A program made the translations under genes and the position numbers. Below the pieces are notes generated by a model. That model was not told where the DNA came from. It was given only the letters and a program-made list of their open reading frames with translations, and did no database searches. A stretch of 63,840 nt of DNA, filler included, from Globobulimina sp. (lineage: Eukaryota): the NCBI GenBank assembly GCA_003354225.1. It is 24 parts of 24 records of this genome, joined end to end, with 100 filler letters (N's around TTAATTAATTAA, not from the genome) between each part and the next. Parts side by side here need not be neighbours in the genome. Positions count along the whole stretch, not along the records: positions 45,300 to 47,862 come from PIVH01005963.1; positions 47,963 to 50,525 come from PIVH01005964.1; positions 50,626 to 53,188 come from PIVH01005965.1; positions 53,289 to 55,851 come from PIVH01005966.1; positions 55,952 to 58,514 come from PIVH01005967.1; 19 more parts are not named here. One strand, 5' to 3'. Below, one piece after another: positions 45,387 through 58,614 of this stretch (positions are counted from its first letter, which is position 1; the number at the start of each line of letters is the position of its first letter).

Positions 45387-46869
45387 TCATCGTAAAAGGA
45401 CCGCTCGACCAGAGCGGCGTGGACAAGTAATGATATAAATTAAGTTCTGCGAGAAACAGGAAAGCTTTTGAGTAATTTTGAACAATTCATTGGTATTGCG
45501 GCAATTCCATGTTTTCCGCGCTTTATAATTATCTGAATAATTGCATTTACATTTCTTGGTGACGTTTTTTACGATGCCCTGTTCCCTCAGAATGTGGCAA
45601 GGGACAAATCCTCGCCATTCACCCAACAAATTACGATTGCAGAGCTTCTTATCAATGGTAATATAAATGTCGTCACTAATCCTCAAATCCAGGATAAATT
45701 GTTTACAATTAAATGATTTATGATTGATTCTGGAGAGCTTGACACGATTAAAGTGAGTCAAATCGCGTGAAACAGCCAATTTATGATTCGAATCATTGAA
45801 ACGATTTGGCGTCAAACGTTCCCGCAAATTCGGTCCAGCCCTTTGCCACGTTTCCTTGAAAAAAGATAATGGGAACAATGTTGACAAGATGGCGTCGCCA
45901 GCGATAAATTGAGACCAGTGTCGTTTCAAAATAGTATTGAACAGACCAATGAGTAATGGGTGGTATTTATGGATAAATCGGGCGCAAGGCTCAATATCAT
46001 CCTTTTGATCAAAAATATCGTCGTATTAAAAATCGTGTTTGTTAACAAAGGGTCATAGCCCCGTGCAATGAGATAACATTTATATTTAAATTCTCAAATA
46101 TAAGATTAATGGGTGTTTCGTGAGCTGTATTAAAATCAAGCAAATGATTGAGGCTTTCACGTAATAAATAGGCGTCATCCAATTCGCCAATGGCAACCAA
46201 CAAATAATCGTCGCGGTAGCGACCAGAATACAGCAGTTCGAGGCAGCAAACTTGTTTCACCCATTCTTTATTATGTAGCACCAAATCAAATATCATCATC
46301 ACAAAATCACAAACTTGGGCTGCAAAGTCAACACCTTGCCCGATTCCTATATTCTGGATAAATGCTTCTCCATTAAAGTCGGCGACATTGTTACGTAGTA
46401 TAAAATATAATAATTCGCGGACACATTTAGGTGATGGGTGTTTGTACTGCAGCTCACCAAAGTGATTATATATAAATGCCAGCATTGATAAGCTTAAGTT
46501 ATGTAATATGGACGGATACATTCCGATGACGTCCATAGAGAATATCAGCAACGTGTCATCCTGAGCAGCGCGGTGGAGGCTCGGTAGTTTATTCAAGTCC
46601 TCCAGCACAAACATCAATGCTTTGGTGTCCTTAATTTGATAGCTGAGCTGGTACCATTGGGGTAATATATGGAATAATATCATTTGCATTGCAGGTTTAA
46701 AGAAAGTGCCGCACGAAGAGCTGATGGCACGTTGTGAACGGGGATCCGGTTTATGATCCTTGTATTGGCAGTAAATGTTCGCAGCGGCAGTAAATGTTCG
46801 AGGAATGTTTGGGTGAGTTGTTGTTGCCGTTGTTGGAGTGGTAAGAGATCGAAGTAAGTAATGAATCAT
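45387..46869 (-). mobile_element. Degenerate Penelope-like retroelement (RT plus the start of a GIY-YIG endonuclease)
   Basis: IYCQYKDHK..RAISSSCGT, FSMDVIGMYPSI, ILRNNVADFNGEAFIQNIGIGQG, RYRDD, HKYHP..TILKRHW, FKITQKLSCFSQNLIYIITCP. There is an internal deletion after the RT core and no YIG motif. Confidence 0.88.
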
Positions 46870-47773
46870 TTGATATAGTAAATGAATGGGGTATTGGTGA
46901 TAATGTTATGCTATTTACAGAGTCTCCGGTTGCGATAACCTTCGTAGTATCATGTGCCTGGTCAGGGTTCACATTGTCGGACATCGTGAGTGTCGATACA
47001 GAGGTAGAGATGGCGGAATGACGAGAAGCAATCGAATCACTCACATTTAAAGGTGACGCTGATCGCGAGGTCGAGTCGCTGCCATCATGTGATAAAGCAA
47101 CGACTGAGGCGTCAAATAAGATGTTAACGAACGATAAGAAGTCGTCGTTACCGCCAAGGACATATGAATTGATATTATTGGTTCGTAATGAATTATTGAT
47201 CATATTCTTGAAATATAATGTCGAGGACTTCAAACGGAACATGCGTTCCGACGAAAATCCATTAAAATTGAATAAAATTGTATGTGGGCAGATGCAGTGC
47301 ATACACCAATGTTTGTACGACTGCCATTTAGGTTAATCATAACACAGTAGATGGCCATAATTAGTGCAGTATTCACATTGGACGATTTTATGACGGTCCA
47401 AATCGCTACGCCATTGCTCCTCAGGTCCGCTATTACAGCAACAAAGCCAATGGTCACCGTTGTCTCCCCATTTTACAGGTTGCTTGGAACGAGTAATGGT
47501 GACAGGAGTGGGTAAGATTGGCGTTGGGGGCGGGATTCTACGGGAGGCCACGTTGGATGCATTGACGTAGTGTGAGAGGTAATGATCTCTGTTATCGTCG
47601 TTGTCAAGAAATATAAATTTCGACGATCCAGGTGATACTGCATCATTTTTAGTTGAGGGATGATCGGAGCTGTCATACTCCGAAATGTGCGTAATATGAT
47701 CTGAATTCTGTGATAATACGACTAAGTTTGTAGATGGGAGGGGTAAATGCAAACCAATCACGAATCGGGTCAA
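46751..47773 (-). pseudogene. PHD-finger-containing ORF interrupted by an in-frame TAA (47333-47335)
   Basis: WLCCC...VQCEYCTNYGHLLCYD*PKWQSYKHWCMHC gives a complete C4HC3 pattern across the stop; both ORFs are in the same frame. Confidence 0.65.
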
Positions 47774-48076
47774 TAAGCTGAAGAAAATATGGAAGGCTCA
47801 AAATAAGGTCATCACGAAGGAGGAAATTATCGAAGACATAGGCAAAAAACAATATGATCGATNNNNNNNNNNNNNNNNNNNNNNNNNNNNNNNNNNNNNN
47901 NNNNNNTTAATTAATTAANNNNNNNNNNNNNNNNNNNNNNNNNNNNNNNNNNNNNNNNNNNNATCCTTCATTTTGTGTATTTTCTCTGCCCTCTGCATCA
48001 ATACCACCATCCAAAATTGCTTTGCAGTAAATTATATTAATGATTCTTGACTGCAGCAAATGATATAAAAAACATG

Positions 48077-49968
48077 CTACATACTTGATTCTGGGCTACT
48101 TTGGGGAATACGTTCTGTGTTTCTTCCACCAGTACCGGTGGCGGTTGATGTTGGTACGCCAGGTTCAGCGATGTCAATTAATATTTCATTATTCGATTGA
48201 ATATTTGTTTGTTGTTTCATTTTATAATTCTTCACTCCAAATAGTCCACCAATAGATAATGCGCATACTAACGCAATTATTAACACTATAACAATAATAT
48301 TTGGATGATTGCCTTCATTATTTGTCATTGAATCTGTTGTTGACAATGCTGTGATAAGTTGGCCAGTTGTTGTTGACTCTGAAGGTGGTTTAGTTGTTGA
48401 TGCATCATTGCAAGGAACATCATTGAATTTGGACACTGCATTTTGATCATTTAAAAATATTTTACTTCCAGATACGTATAAATATTTGACATTTATCGTC
48501 AGATTATTGTTAAATATGCCAATATAGCCGGACATAGTCGATTGGATTGTAGTAGGCAGCTCGTAATGCAATTTAATAACATCATTCATAGAAACCTTCA
48601 TCGAATTTGTACTTTTTTCAAATGATATACGCAGTAAATAATATGTGTCAATTGAAAATGGTATGATTGTGCTAGTTAAAATTGTATAAATTCCATTCAT
48701 CATACTGCCAATAAACAAGTTATATTCATCAGTAATACCAATATACAAATATTCACAAAGCGATACAAAATTCAACAAAATACCTAAAAGCAATCATCAG
48801 CAAATCATAAAATTACCAACAATCAAAAAAACAAACCTGAATTACCAACAATTTGTGAGCTTGATATCATAAACATATATTCAATGGATAGTGTCTGAGA
48901 ATATATCCATTGTTTACCTGTCATCAACAGCATCGTTTCTCCGGCACCATTTATGTTTATCTCACATTTGATTGCAGCACTGAATGGGTGCCAAGAGGCA
49001 ACAGAAGACGCATCACTCCTTAATATTTGCCAGTAGTCTTCATCACAGGTTTCTGACGGCATATTACAAAGAAAAGAACGATAACCATCGCATGCTTCAT
49101 CGTTCCATTTAAATGAAAAATCTTTTTTAAGTTCTGCGCAATTTTCATAGTTGAGGGAGAAACATCCATTGTCAGGTTGTCCCCACTCAAACAGCACCGG
49201 CTTACATCCATCATTGGCCCATGGATACTCTCCACCGCTGATATCTGTGCCAAAATCGAAATGTGTACCATCTTCATATTCCCAGATACCTTCATTCCCA
49301 TTATCAGTTAATCCAAACCGACAATCTTCATCATATATTTTACATAAACTCACTGTTTCTTGATAATTTTTTCCGCTGTGTATGCTTGCTAATGCTGTAC
49401 CATATGCATTAGAACAATAATCCTGTGCATCATTAAAATTCAAGCTTCCGACACCTAATAAATATTTATGGATCACACCATTGCACGAATTACAAGCAAA
49501 TGGTTTTGCAGTGGAACATGATTCGTCATTCCATTCATAGTGGTTTTGTGCTGATGATATATAAATGCAATCATTGAACGACGATGATGTATTGTCTGTG
49601 TTAGGTGTAAAATTAAAGTGAGACTCGTCGCTCCATTCAAATGTTGCAGAATGGTTTCTAAATTTTAAACCAATCCATATTCCATCCATATTAGAATTCG
49701 GGGTCATATTAATTATTATTGAATTTTGCGTAGTCGTATGAATGCTCGCAAGGGTAGAATTACACTGAGTTTCGCAGAATTTTTGCGCATTGTCCCAACT
49801 CAATGTGAATTTTGGAGTTACATAATATTGCGACTTACACAAGAAGAATTGCGACAAAATCAAAGCTAACATCGACATTAACATTCTGGGCAGAAAACTT
49901 GCAGTTATGTGAGCGAGTCCAGTTAGTACAGGAAACAAATAACAAATTACAAATAAGGGAAATAACAA
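48077..49968 (-). CDS. Type-I membrane protein with two C-type lectin domains, intron at 48784-48836 (probably a further 3' exon)
   Basis: SWDNAQKFC..LASIH..WIGL..WSD..CIY..WNDESC..PFAC, then NFNDAQDYC..LASIH..FGLTD..GQPD..ENC..WNDEAC..FLC; Thr-rich stalk and TM helix. Confidence 0.9.
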
Positions 49969-50013
49969 TATTTTTAGAATAAGGGAATAACAAATAACAA
50001 TAAATATAATATT

Positions 50014-50525
50014 TTATATTTGTTCCATTTCTAATTGAATTTGGCTGACTTTATGTATTTTTTGTTGTTGTAATTTCTTTTTTGCACAAAATAGACACCA
50101 TTTATGCAATGTCGGTTTACAACACCATTTATACATTGTTCTGGAGGACGAATACGGTAAACTTAAATAAATACAAAACACGTTTACTGTCGAATCAATC
50201 ATTAAACCAAAAATTACGCCGAAATGCCATAAAAAGCCATCTAAAAATCCATCGCCATACAATGTTGATATTAATGCTAAAAAAAGTAATGAAGCACTTG
50301 ACAATGCCATAATTGTTGATAATATGGTCATCTTTGTTGCTACTGATAACAAATTAATATCGGTTCTACTTAATTGTAAATCTACCACCATAATAATTGG
50401 TGTCTGTGCTATTTTAGATGTAGACATTGTAAGTTTCGATTGTGTTCCATCAAATCTCTCTGACGGTGAGATTGCATCATATTCATTATTATCATACGTA
50501 GTTAATGTCAATCTCATTAATTTCG
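50014..50525 (-). CDS. C-terminal part of a 7TM/GPCR-like membrane protein, 5'-partial
   Basis: Last two TM helices: TKMTILSTIMALSS ... IDSTVNVFCIYLS..YKWCCK..HKWC. Confidence 0.5.
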
Positions 50526-50663
50526 NNNNNNNNNNNNNNNNNNNNNNNNNNNNNNNNNNNNNNNNNNNNTTAATTAATTAANNNNNNNNNNNNNNNNNNN
50601 NNNNNNNNNNNNNNNNNNNNNNNNNCCATTTTGCGCCGGACGCGGGGTGGCAACGTCAGTATT

Positions 50664-51202
50664 GAAATACAAAATGAGTGTCTTGATCCGTTTGGTGCAG
50701 CAAATATATTTTTTATTTTCATATCTTTTATTTGATGCCATTTATTAATATTATTATAATGCCCGACACCTAATACACCACTTTTATTATAACCGCAACA
50801 TTCATAGGTTTCATCATCAAATAAAATATATGCTGCTGCACCACTCCAACCACCACAAGTAACAATATTTTTTATTTCTTTTTTAAATGTTTTTATTTTT
50901 GTTATTTTTTTAATATGTCCATATCCTCCGTTTCCTCCGTTTCCTTGTTGTCCATAGTCGTTGTCACCAATAGAATATAAATCAAATATGTTGTATGTTG
51001 TATAATGGAATGCATGAATGACACTAATAATATCCGTATGGATGTATTGATATTTATATTTTCTGACATATCCACTTACTAACAATTGGTACCGTCTTTT
51101 CCTTGTAAAGAGGGCATATGTCGACATGATCAGCCAGCGTTGCGACAAGAAAAGATGGGACAATTTAGAGCTGTTGAATTGCAGTGATATAGTTATTAGC
51201 AA
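50664..51202 (-). CDS. RCC1-repeat protein N-terminus, truncated by a chimeric junction
   Basis: LYSIGDNDYGQQG, IVTCGG and CCGYNKSGVLGVGH, with the N-terminal motif LLVSGYVR...DIISVIHAF. Confidence 0.8.
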
Positions 51203-51254
51203 TATAATCCATTATATTCATAAAAATGCAACAAGAAAAAAAACAAGATACAAA

Positions 51255-53188
51255 TCATCGTCGCCTTCTCTTATTTTTTGCTTTCCGTTGTCTCTGTGCA
51301 GATTTCTTAATTTTCCCTTTCAATTTCCTTTTATTGGCATGTTTAGTGCCTAACTTATCTGCTTTCAATCTCTTATCCACATACACTTTGACCGCATTCT
51401 TAGGCGGTTTCTTCCCATTGCTCGGCCTCGGTTTCCTGCCCTTTCCTGCAATCATATAAACTCTTTTATTCTTCTTCCGACCTAACTTGCCGTACAATTT
51501 CTCGATTTGCTTAATCTTCGTTTTCTCGCTCAAATCGTTATTATCCGCAATCACCGTCGCTTTCCTTTTGATTTTATTCCAAATCCTTCGCGCCTTCAAC
51601 TTCTTCCTCGCTTTGGCCTCAGCCACCTTCTTAATGGGCCGCGCATTGATTGCCTTCAACCGATCCTTTTGTTTACGAATCTCTTCCTGCAATTTATGCA
51701 AAACCACACTGATCACTCCGCAAAAAACAGCAATGCAAACAACAAAACACAGACCTTAGTCACTGGCAAATTCACCGTATAATTTCCATTTTCATCGTCA
51801 CGAAACCAATCAGGAATTTTGCAGCCATCGTCGTCAAACGCATACCGATTATACGACGTATCGATAACATCCATTCTCTTCTTCTTATCCGTCAACATAC
51901 AATGTCCGATGGCCTGCACTTCCGCAATGGCCTCGGAATCCGTGCTATCCTCATCTAAGACCATCGGCACTTCCTCGAACAGACAGTCCCGTTCTTGCCG
52001 TTTGGCTTCGTCCCGTTTCAGCCTTCGCCGATGGTCACGGTTCATTTTCTCCATTTTGCGCCGGACGCGGTATGGCAACGTCAGTATTTCCGGCAAATCG
52101 TCATATTTCATGCCCTGCTCAGCCTTGTTTGAATTGGCAGCCACATTTTGAGTCTTTTGCTTTGGCTCAGACACAATCTCAAAATCACCGACGTCCGCTT
52201 CCAACTCTTTGTTTTCAACCACTTCGCCAAACACATCGTTCATTTGCTTCTCGTCCAATTCTTGATTGGTCTCAATGTCATCGAATATATTGTCGCTAAA
52301 CCACCGTTTGGCTTTGGTCATTTTCGAATCTTCCTTCAAAGTAAACTCCCTCTCTTCCACTACCAATCCGCCACCAACCTCCACCTCGCTCTTCTCACTC
52401 ATCTCAGTTTCCGACGGTTGCTCATTTTCGCTGGGCACAGCCTCGGAATCTGCATTCGAATCGATTTCCATTTCGGAGTTTTCAGTGTCAAACTCCTCGT
52501 CACTCTCCAACCCGACGCCGGATTTAATGGCCTTTCTTTCTTCTTTTTTGGTGCGTAGACCCTTGTGTTTTTTGTAACGTTGGTACAATTGATCCAATCT
52601 CTCCTCTTCAACCAATAATTCTTCGTCGGAGTCGGCAAATTTCTCAAAAAATGCTCTGGGTCTTTTCGCCTTCTTTTTAGGCGGTAACAACACCGTAGTT
52701 TCGGCGTCTAAGAAGTTTGTTAGCTCCTCAGCGTTATCGAAGTTGCTCAGAGAAAATAGACCCTGCGCCATCTGTTCTTGTTTGCCAATCTCCCACACAT
52801 CGTCGGGTCTGATGCCGCCCATTAACATAGTCCGCGTTCGCTTGATTTTTTCTTGCCGGATCTTCCTTTTTTGTTTGCGTTTTTCGCGCTTTTCGGAGTC
52901 GAACATTTCGCGGACCTCAGCCTCTAATTTCTCGTCTTCTAAGCCTTGGATTTCAATCTGTGTCAATTCCTTCATTTCGGTGGAATTTGCGTCCGGTTCT
53001 GGCTCTGGTTCTTTTTTCAATGAATCCAGATATTTTACCATTTTTGCTCTCCATTTCAACAATCGACGAAAATCGGACTTTGCTAACAAGCGAAGGTCGG
53101 CTAACAATGCGTGGATTTCGTCATTTGTTGATTCGCTGTCTAACAATAATTGACATTCGGGGCTCACATCCACGTCAAACTTAAATGC
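51255..53188 (-). CDS. SPB1: Pre-rRNA 2'-O-methyltransferase Spb1/FTSJ3, C-terminal two-thirds, intron at 51687-51754
   Basis: DLRLLAKSDFRRLLKWR, YNRYAFDD..IPDWFRDDE, LPVTK/EE, INARPIKKVAEAKARKK and VDKRLKAD. Confidence 0.95.
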
Positions 53189-53288
53189 NNNNNNNNNNNN
53201 NNNNNNNNNNNNNNNNNNNNNNNNNNNNNNNNTTAATTAATTAANNNNNNNNNNNNNNNNNNNNNNNNNNNNNNNNNNNNNNNNNNNN

Positions 53289-55851
53289 CGATATTGACGA
53301 CAGCTATGTGCGTAAAAATGTAGATTTAATGATGAATGCATTACGCGATCCGAGCCTGCCTTTGGATGAATTTAATTCCGCATTGGAACCGTTGCATGGA
53401 CGCATTGACGAGAATTTGTATAATAAGTTTGTGGAGAAAGGTAATAAATACAATGAGAATTTGAAAATTAATCGTTTCCGTTGGGAAAAGCCCTCCAAAT
53501 TCCCCAGTGAGAGTATATTGGCGTATATTGATGCACATAAACAACGGTTGCAAGCTTCCGAGATTGGTGGGTTTGAAGCGACGATCGAACCTCTGAAACA
53601 AGTCTGTAATCGGCATAGACGAGGCACACATTTCTATGCTGTACAAGTGATATCAGATTTGTTGGAGACGTTCAGTATTCGTGAGGGGCGGTTCATAGAT
53701 AAAGATGAGAACTTAGTCATTCATCAGTTACGCCGGGAGGCGCCCAATAATTTGCAGAGCGTAGCGACCAGCGTACGGTCGCATTTTCAATTAAAGCACC
53801 GGGAAAAAGTCATTATGGAGTTATTGAATATTGTGGACAGTATATTTCATAACCGAATGTATGAATTTATCACTGAATTGTCGCATGTATTGGAAGTAAT
53901 GACGTATTTGACGGATATCAAATATGGTAAAATACACTTAAAATCGCGTGAGATATTGGCCAGTATTGATGTGAGCAGCGAGTCGCAGAGGAAAATGGAG
54001 ATTGAAAATATGTTAAAATCACACCCGTCATTGCTGACACGCAGTACACAAACACCAGATAATAGCATACAAAATATTTCACGCAGCGGTTCTACAGAGG
54101 ATTTGAAGAGTTTCTCGCGTAAAATGAACAAGGACTTATTCAATGATGAAGGTTTATTACATACCATACCGGATTTATTAGAGATTTTGCCCAAATATAT
54201 GCTGTCTGAAAACCAGAACGTGGCCTGTAACGCGGTGGAATTATGGATCCGGAGTGTGTTTGCGCCGCCGTTTTATTTTGTGGATAAGCGCAGTATGAAT
54301 ATTAAATGGAGCATTGATGAAAGTACGCAGTGTTCGTTTAGTTTCAGTAATGTGAACCCAAAGGATAAGTCTTTGAGTATGAAGACGAATTTTAAGAAGA
54401 ATAAACAAGGTTTTTTTGGCTTTTTCGCCAGTTTGTATGAGTTGAAAATCAATTTTAAACATATTATTGATCAGTTCCCACGCAAAGAATCGCTGCCAGC
54501 GCATGTTATTATTTTAGGCTTTAGTGATAAGAATGTATTGAAATTCAATGAGAAGGAGTTTACAGTATCGATGGAGAAATATTTTACACCGTACAGAGAG
54601 AAATTAAATAGTGCGGGCATATCATTTATATCCGTGTTTGTACCGAATACGGAGAGTAGTGCTGCGCCACATTTGTTTACGTTTAGGTACATGTTGGATT
54701 TCAGGGAAGATCCCATGACACGGCATATTATGCCGCCATTGGTGACTATGTTGGAGATGGACAGATTGAAAATGGGTTTTCAAATCCAATGGATGCCCAC
54801 TGAGAATCGCAGGATCCATATTTTTGAAGCTTCGCCGATGAAATCGAAGCTGTTTACGCGTAATTGGGTATGTTTCATTTTTGAACTGACTGAAAATGTT
54901 TTGAGTGAAAATCTTTTTAACATGACAGGATGGCAAGAGATTATTTGCGCGGGTACCCGTGGCACAAATGGTCAAACCGTCCACTATGATTGAGGATATT
55001 TTCACCGATTATTATCGATTTGGTGGACCAGAGTTTGCCTTAATGGAAGCGACCCAGGTTTTAGAATCTATCATGTCATCCAGCAATAACATCTATCGCT
55101 ATAACCACATCTTATTAGCCTGCTTTTTCGATACAGACTTTCAAGATTTTGAGATTCAATTTGATGATAAATGGAAGAAAAAAGTATTTAATTACATCTA
55201 TGGTCGGATTGTACATGATTACGAATTATTTTCCAAACAATTGAAACGTTTGCATGTGACCCACATTGAGATTCGATTCCAAATACGTATCCAAAACAGC
55301 AACACGGCCAACACCAACCTCAAATATGAGAGCATATTCCGTGCATTTCTCGATGACGCACAGCATAACGGCGTGATCAACATACACTTATATATTGAAA
55401 AAACCTCCTCCGAGGATGGCAGTGTCAAATTAATCGATCCCGGCTACGGTAAGACATTGGGACGGCTGCATGGCACGGATGCCTTTGCCGAACACATCGT
55501 GGAACACAACTTAATGGCACAGAGGATCACTGCGAAAAACCTACAAACCACCTACGTGTACGACTGGCCTATTTTATTCGAAAAAGCTCTGCAAAATATC
55601 TGGTACGACTATAAAAAATCGAAGCAGAATCCGGATGATATTCCCTTTGAAGACAACTTGATTCAGTTCGAAGAGTACATATTGGATAAAAACAAGGACA
55701 AATTGATCAAAATCGAACGTGCGCCGGGCCAGAATAAAGTGGCTATGGTGGTATGGAAAGTTAACATGAAAACACCGGAATTCCCGTCGGGACGCGAGAT
55801 CATCATTTGCAGCAACGATATCACTAACAACTTGGGCACTTTTTGTCTATC
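53289..55851 (+). CDS. ACC1: Eukaryotic acetyl-CoA carboxylase, central region and start of the carboxyltransferase; partial at both ends; intron at 54868-54928
   Basis: LRDPSLP, FREDPMTRHIMPP..LEMDRL, TTYVYDWP.LF, RAPGQNKVAMVVW..KTPEFPSGREII..NDIT..GTF. Confidence 0.95.
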
Positions 55852-56211
55852 NNNNNNNNNNNNNNNNNNNNNNNNNNNNNNNNNNNNNNNNNNNNTTAAT
55901 TAATTAANNNNNNNNNNNNNNNNNNNNNNNNNNNNNNNNNNNNNNNNNNNNGCAAACCAAAAAACAGATTGCGAACGACTCAGATTGTTGAATTTTTTTA
56001 TTTTTGATTTCTCGGAATGGAAAACGGTGACTGCGTCACCGGATAATTTTCAGCAAATAAATTATTTATAACAGTTTGCGTTAACTGAGTTTCTGAAATA
56101 TTTGATTGCCGTATTAATGAGATTACTTTTGGTGATGATCGATTACCTCTGCACACATCCATTAATCTGTAAATATAAATATTGTTAGCTATATACGTAA
56201 AATTGTTAATT

Positions 56212-57165
56212 TTAATATACAACTAACTGTTGGACATTCAATTCAATTTTACTACGTTTTGCTCTCTTAATAATTTTATTCACCAACATTGCATATTTTG
56301 TGTTATTACATGGTTTGAGTTGATATTTTAATAGAAATCTCATGAATTGTGCTGGATTATCGATGCCTGATATCATTGGGGTAACATTTGAGCCACAATC
56401 AGCGGATTTATACACTACAAAGTCATTACTTTCATTAACAAAACGATCTGATTCTTTCAGAAATTTTATTATTGAGTCAGATGTATTGATAATAAATTTA
56501 ATTGTAGGTTTTATTACATTTAAAGCAAACGGTAATGTTGTTATAAGTATTTGAAATTCATCATCGTCTTCCATCCATTCTGATAAGTTACAATTACTAT
56601 TTTCATTGTATACCAAACATGATATGCTATCTTGTAGATATTCATATATTTCATCACAATCTGATGCCTTTGCTGCAAAAATTAGTCCAGTATTATCACT
56701 GAATTCATTGATAATGATTTTGCAAATTAATTCCATGCGGCTTTTATTATTAGTTGTTTGTTTGTTGTTTGTTTTCGGAATTTGTTCATTTTTGCGTTGT
56801 TTCTTTCGTGGATTTGATACAATCTCAAAATTATTATTATTTTCTTGATTCATTGTATTAAATGTTCTTTTATTTTTTTTTGATATCAAATCAATGAAAT
56901 GATTTTGTTCTTGTTCTATGGCTAAAATAAATTTTTCTTGCTGCAATATAGAATCTGTTAATTCTTCTGCAATTCTTTGTATTTTTTGTTTTGCATTGAT
57001 TAATTTCAAGAGAAATTCTGGTTGTAAATTGAGCTGATGTCTGTTTATTTGTTCAGCAATTGGTAATTCACTAAAACCATGTTTTCTAATAAATATATCT
57101 CTCAGTTGCTGTGCCATTACATCAAAAAAGGTTTTTGAAATCAACAATAATTCACAAACAGCCAT
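56212..57165 (-). CDS. Hypothetical protein, 317 aa
   Basis: Long ORF with a coiled-coil-like N-terminal half and a PRKKQRK NLS-like motif. Confidence 0.6.
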   Translation of the reverse strand: MAVCELLLISKTFFDVMAQQLRDIFIRKHGFSELPIAEQINRHQLNLQPEFLLKLINAKQKIQRIAEELTDSILQQEKFILAIEQEQNHFIDLISKKNKRTFNTMNQENNNNFEIVSNPRKKQRKNEQIPKTNNKQTTNNKSRMELICKIIINEFSDNTGLIFAAKASDCDEIYEYLQDSISCLVYNENSNCNLSEWMEDDDEFQILITTLPFALNVIKPTIKFIINTSDSIIKFLKESDRFVNESNDFVVYKSADCGSNVTPMISGIDNPAQFMRFLLKYQLKPCNNTKYAMLVNKIIKRAKRSKIELNVQQLVVY

Positions 57166-58514
57166 GACACAAGTTTCGGAACAAAAAGGAATACCACGTT
57201 GTTTACCAGACTCGCTACTTTTAAAGGAGTCCTTTGTTTTAAATGGTGAGACGGATATAGCTCAACAATATTTTGAATTATACAAACATCGATTACAAAA
57301 ATTAAGACCTTGTCTTGCAAAATTAATCCGAAATCAATGGGGTATCTCTCTATCTCTCTATCTCTCGCTTAATACTAACAAATAATGTACTTTTGACACC
57401 ACACAGGTCCAAACCTGGAGATATGTCGACGTATCTTAGAATGCCAAAGGTCTCAACACGACGAAGTAGTGATAATCGGCACATGTTTCAAAGACCAAAA
57501 GAAAAAACCCAACGCATTAAACGAAATAAACGGTGTCGTTGCTGATGACGATGATAAAAAATGCGAGAATGTCACCGATTTGATTGGTTTGAACATCTCC
57601 GATTCAGACTTTTTAATGTTAGAAGACGAGGCGGGTTCACTTAAAATATCCGGTTCTTGCCTTAAGAAACACAAACTTGTCACTGGCATCACCTTAGCGG
57701 TCCGCGGATGCATTAACCGAATGAATGGCATCTTTATCGCCACGCAATATTTATTATGTGATTTACCGCCTATATCGCCATTGCCATCCACCTCCAATGA
57801 CGATGACAAATATGTGGCGCTGATATCCGGTCTGCAAATGTCTCGCATGGACAGTGCCCACAGTATGTCCATTGAGATGTTATTCAATTATTTGAGTGGT
57901 TATTTAGGTGATGATTCGTGTGAGATATCATCGAAAATCTGCCGTGTGTTATTTGTGGGGAATATAATTTGCGAGGAGTTACCGGATGAAGATGCCAATA
58001 TATTTTATGACAATGCATTTAAAAAAAATGAAGAGAAAATCATCAGTTCGTTAGATTCACGCTTAAAAGAATTGGATTTATGGATGTCTGTCTTGTGTAA
58101 ATCGGTGGCCATTGATATTATGCCCGGTGAGGCCGACCCATCGGACCACTTATTACCGCAACAAGCCTTTCATCCGTGTTTATTTCCATTGTCATCGGCA
58201 TTTAATACGTTTAGACGTGTCACCAATCCGTATTCCATCAGCATTGAGGAACGATTGTTTCTAGGGAGCAGTGGGCAGAATTTCCAAGATATGATGAAAC
58301 ATTCACAGTTGAATATGATTGAATGCATGGAACTGTCATTGAAATCACGTATTATTGCACCTACGGCACCGGATACATTGTCTTGTTTTCCTTTTCGAAA
58401 CAATGATCCTTTTGTAATTGATGAGTGTCCGCATATATATTTTTCTGGCAATAATCATCAGTTTCGGCATAAAATGATTACACATCCGGGAGATAATCAG
58501 CAAAATGTTTGTTT
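57164..58514 (+). CDS. POLD2: DNA polymerase delta subunit 2, 3'-partial, intron at 57342-57406 with a TACTAAC branch point
   Basis: QQYFELYKHRLQKLRP, IIGTCFK, LEDEAG, VTG, IMPGEADPS..LPQQAFH, VTNPY, GSSGQN, APTAPDTL and DPFVIDECPHIYFSGN. Confidence 0.96.
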
Positions 58515-58614
58515 NNNNNNNNNNNNNNNNNNNNNNNNNNNNNNNNNNNNNNNNNNNNTTAATTAATTAANNNNNNNNNNNNNNNNNNNNNNNNNNNNNN
58601 NNNNNNNNNNNNNN

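Noticed and set aside
47333-47335. In-frame TAA within the PHD finger as recoding
   Set aside because: It lies in a region with other disablements, so a nonsense mutation is the simpler explanation.
50626-50663. RCC1 gene apparently fused to an Spb1 peptide (ILTLPPRVRRKM)
   Set aside because: This is a 36/38-nt copy of 52051-52088 sitting at the contig edge, typical of an amplification or assembly chimera.
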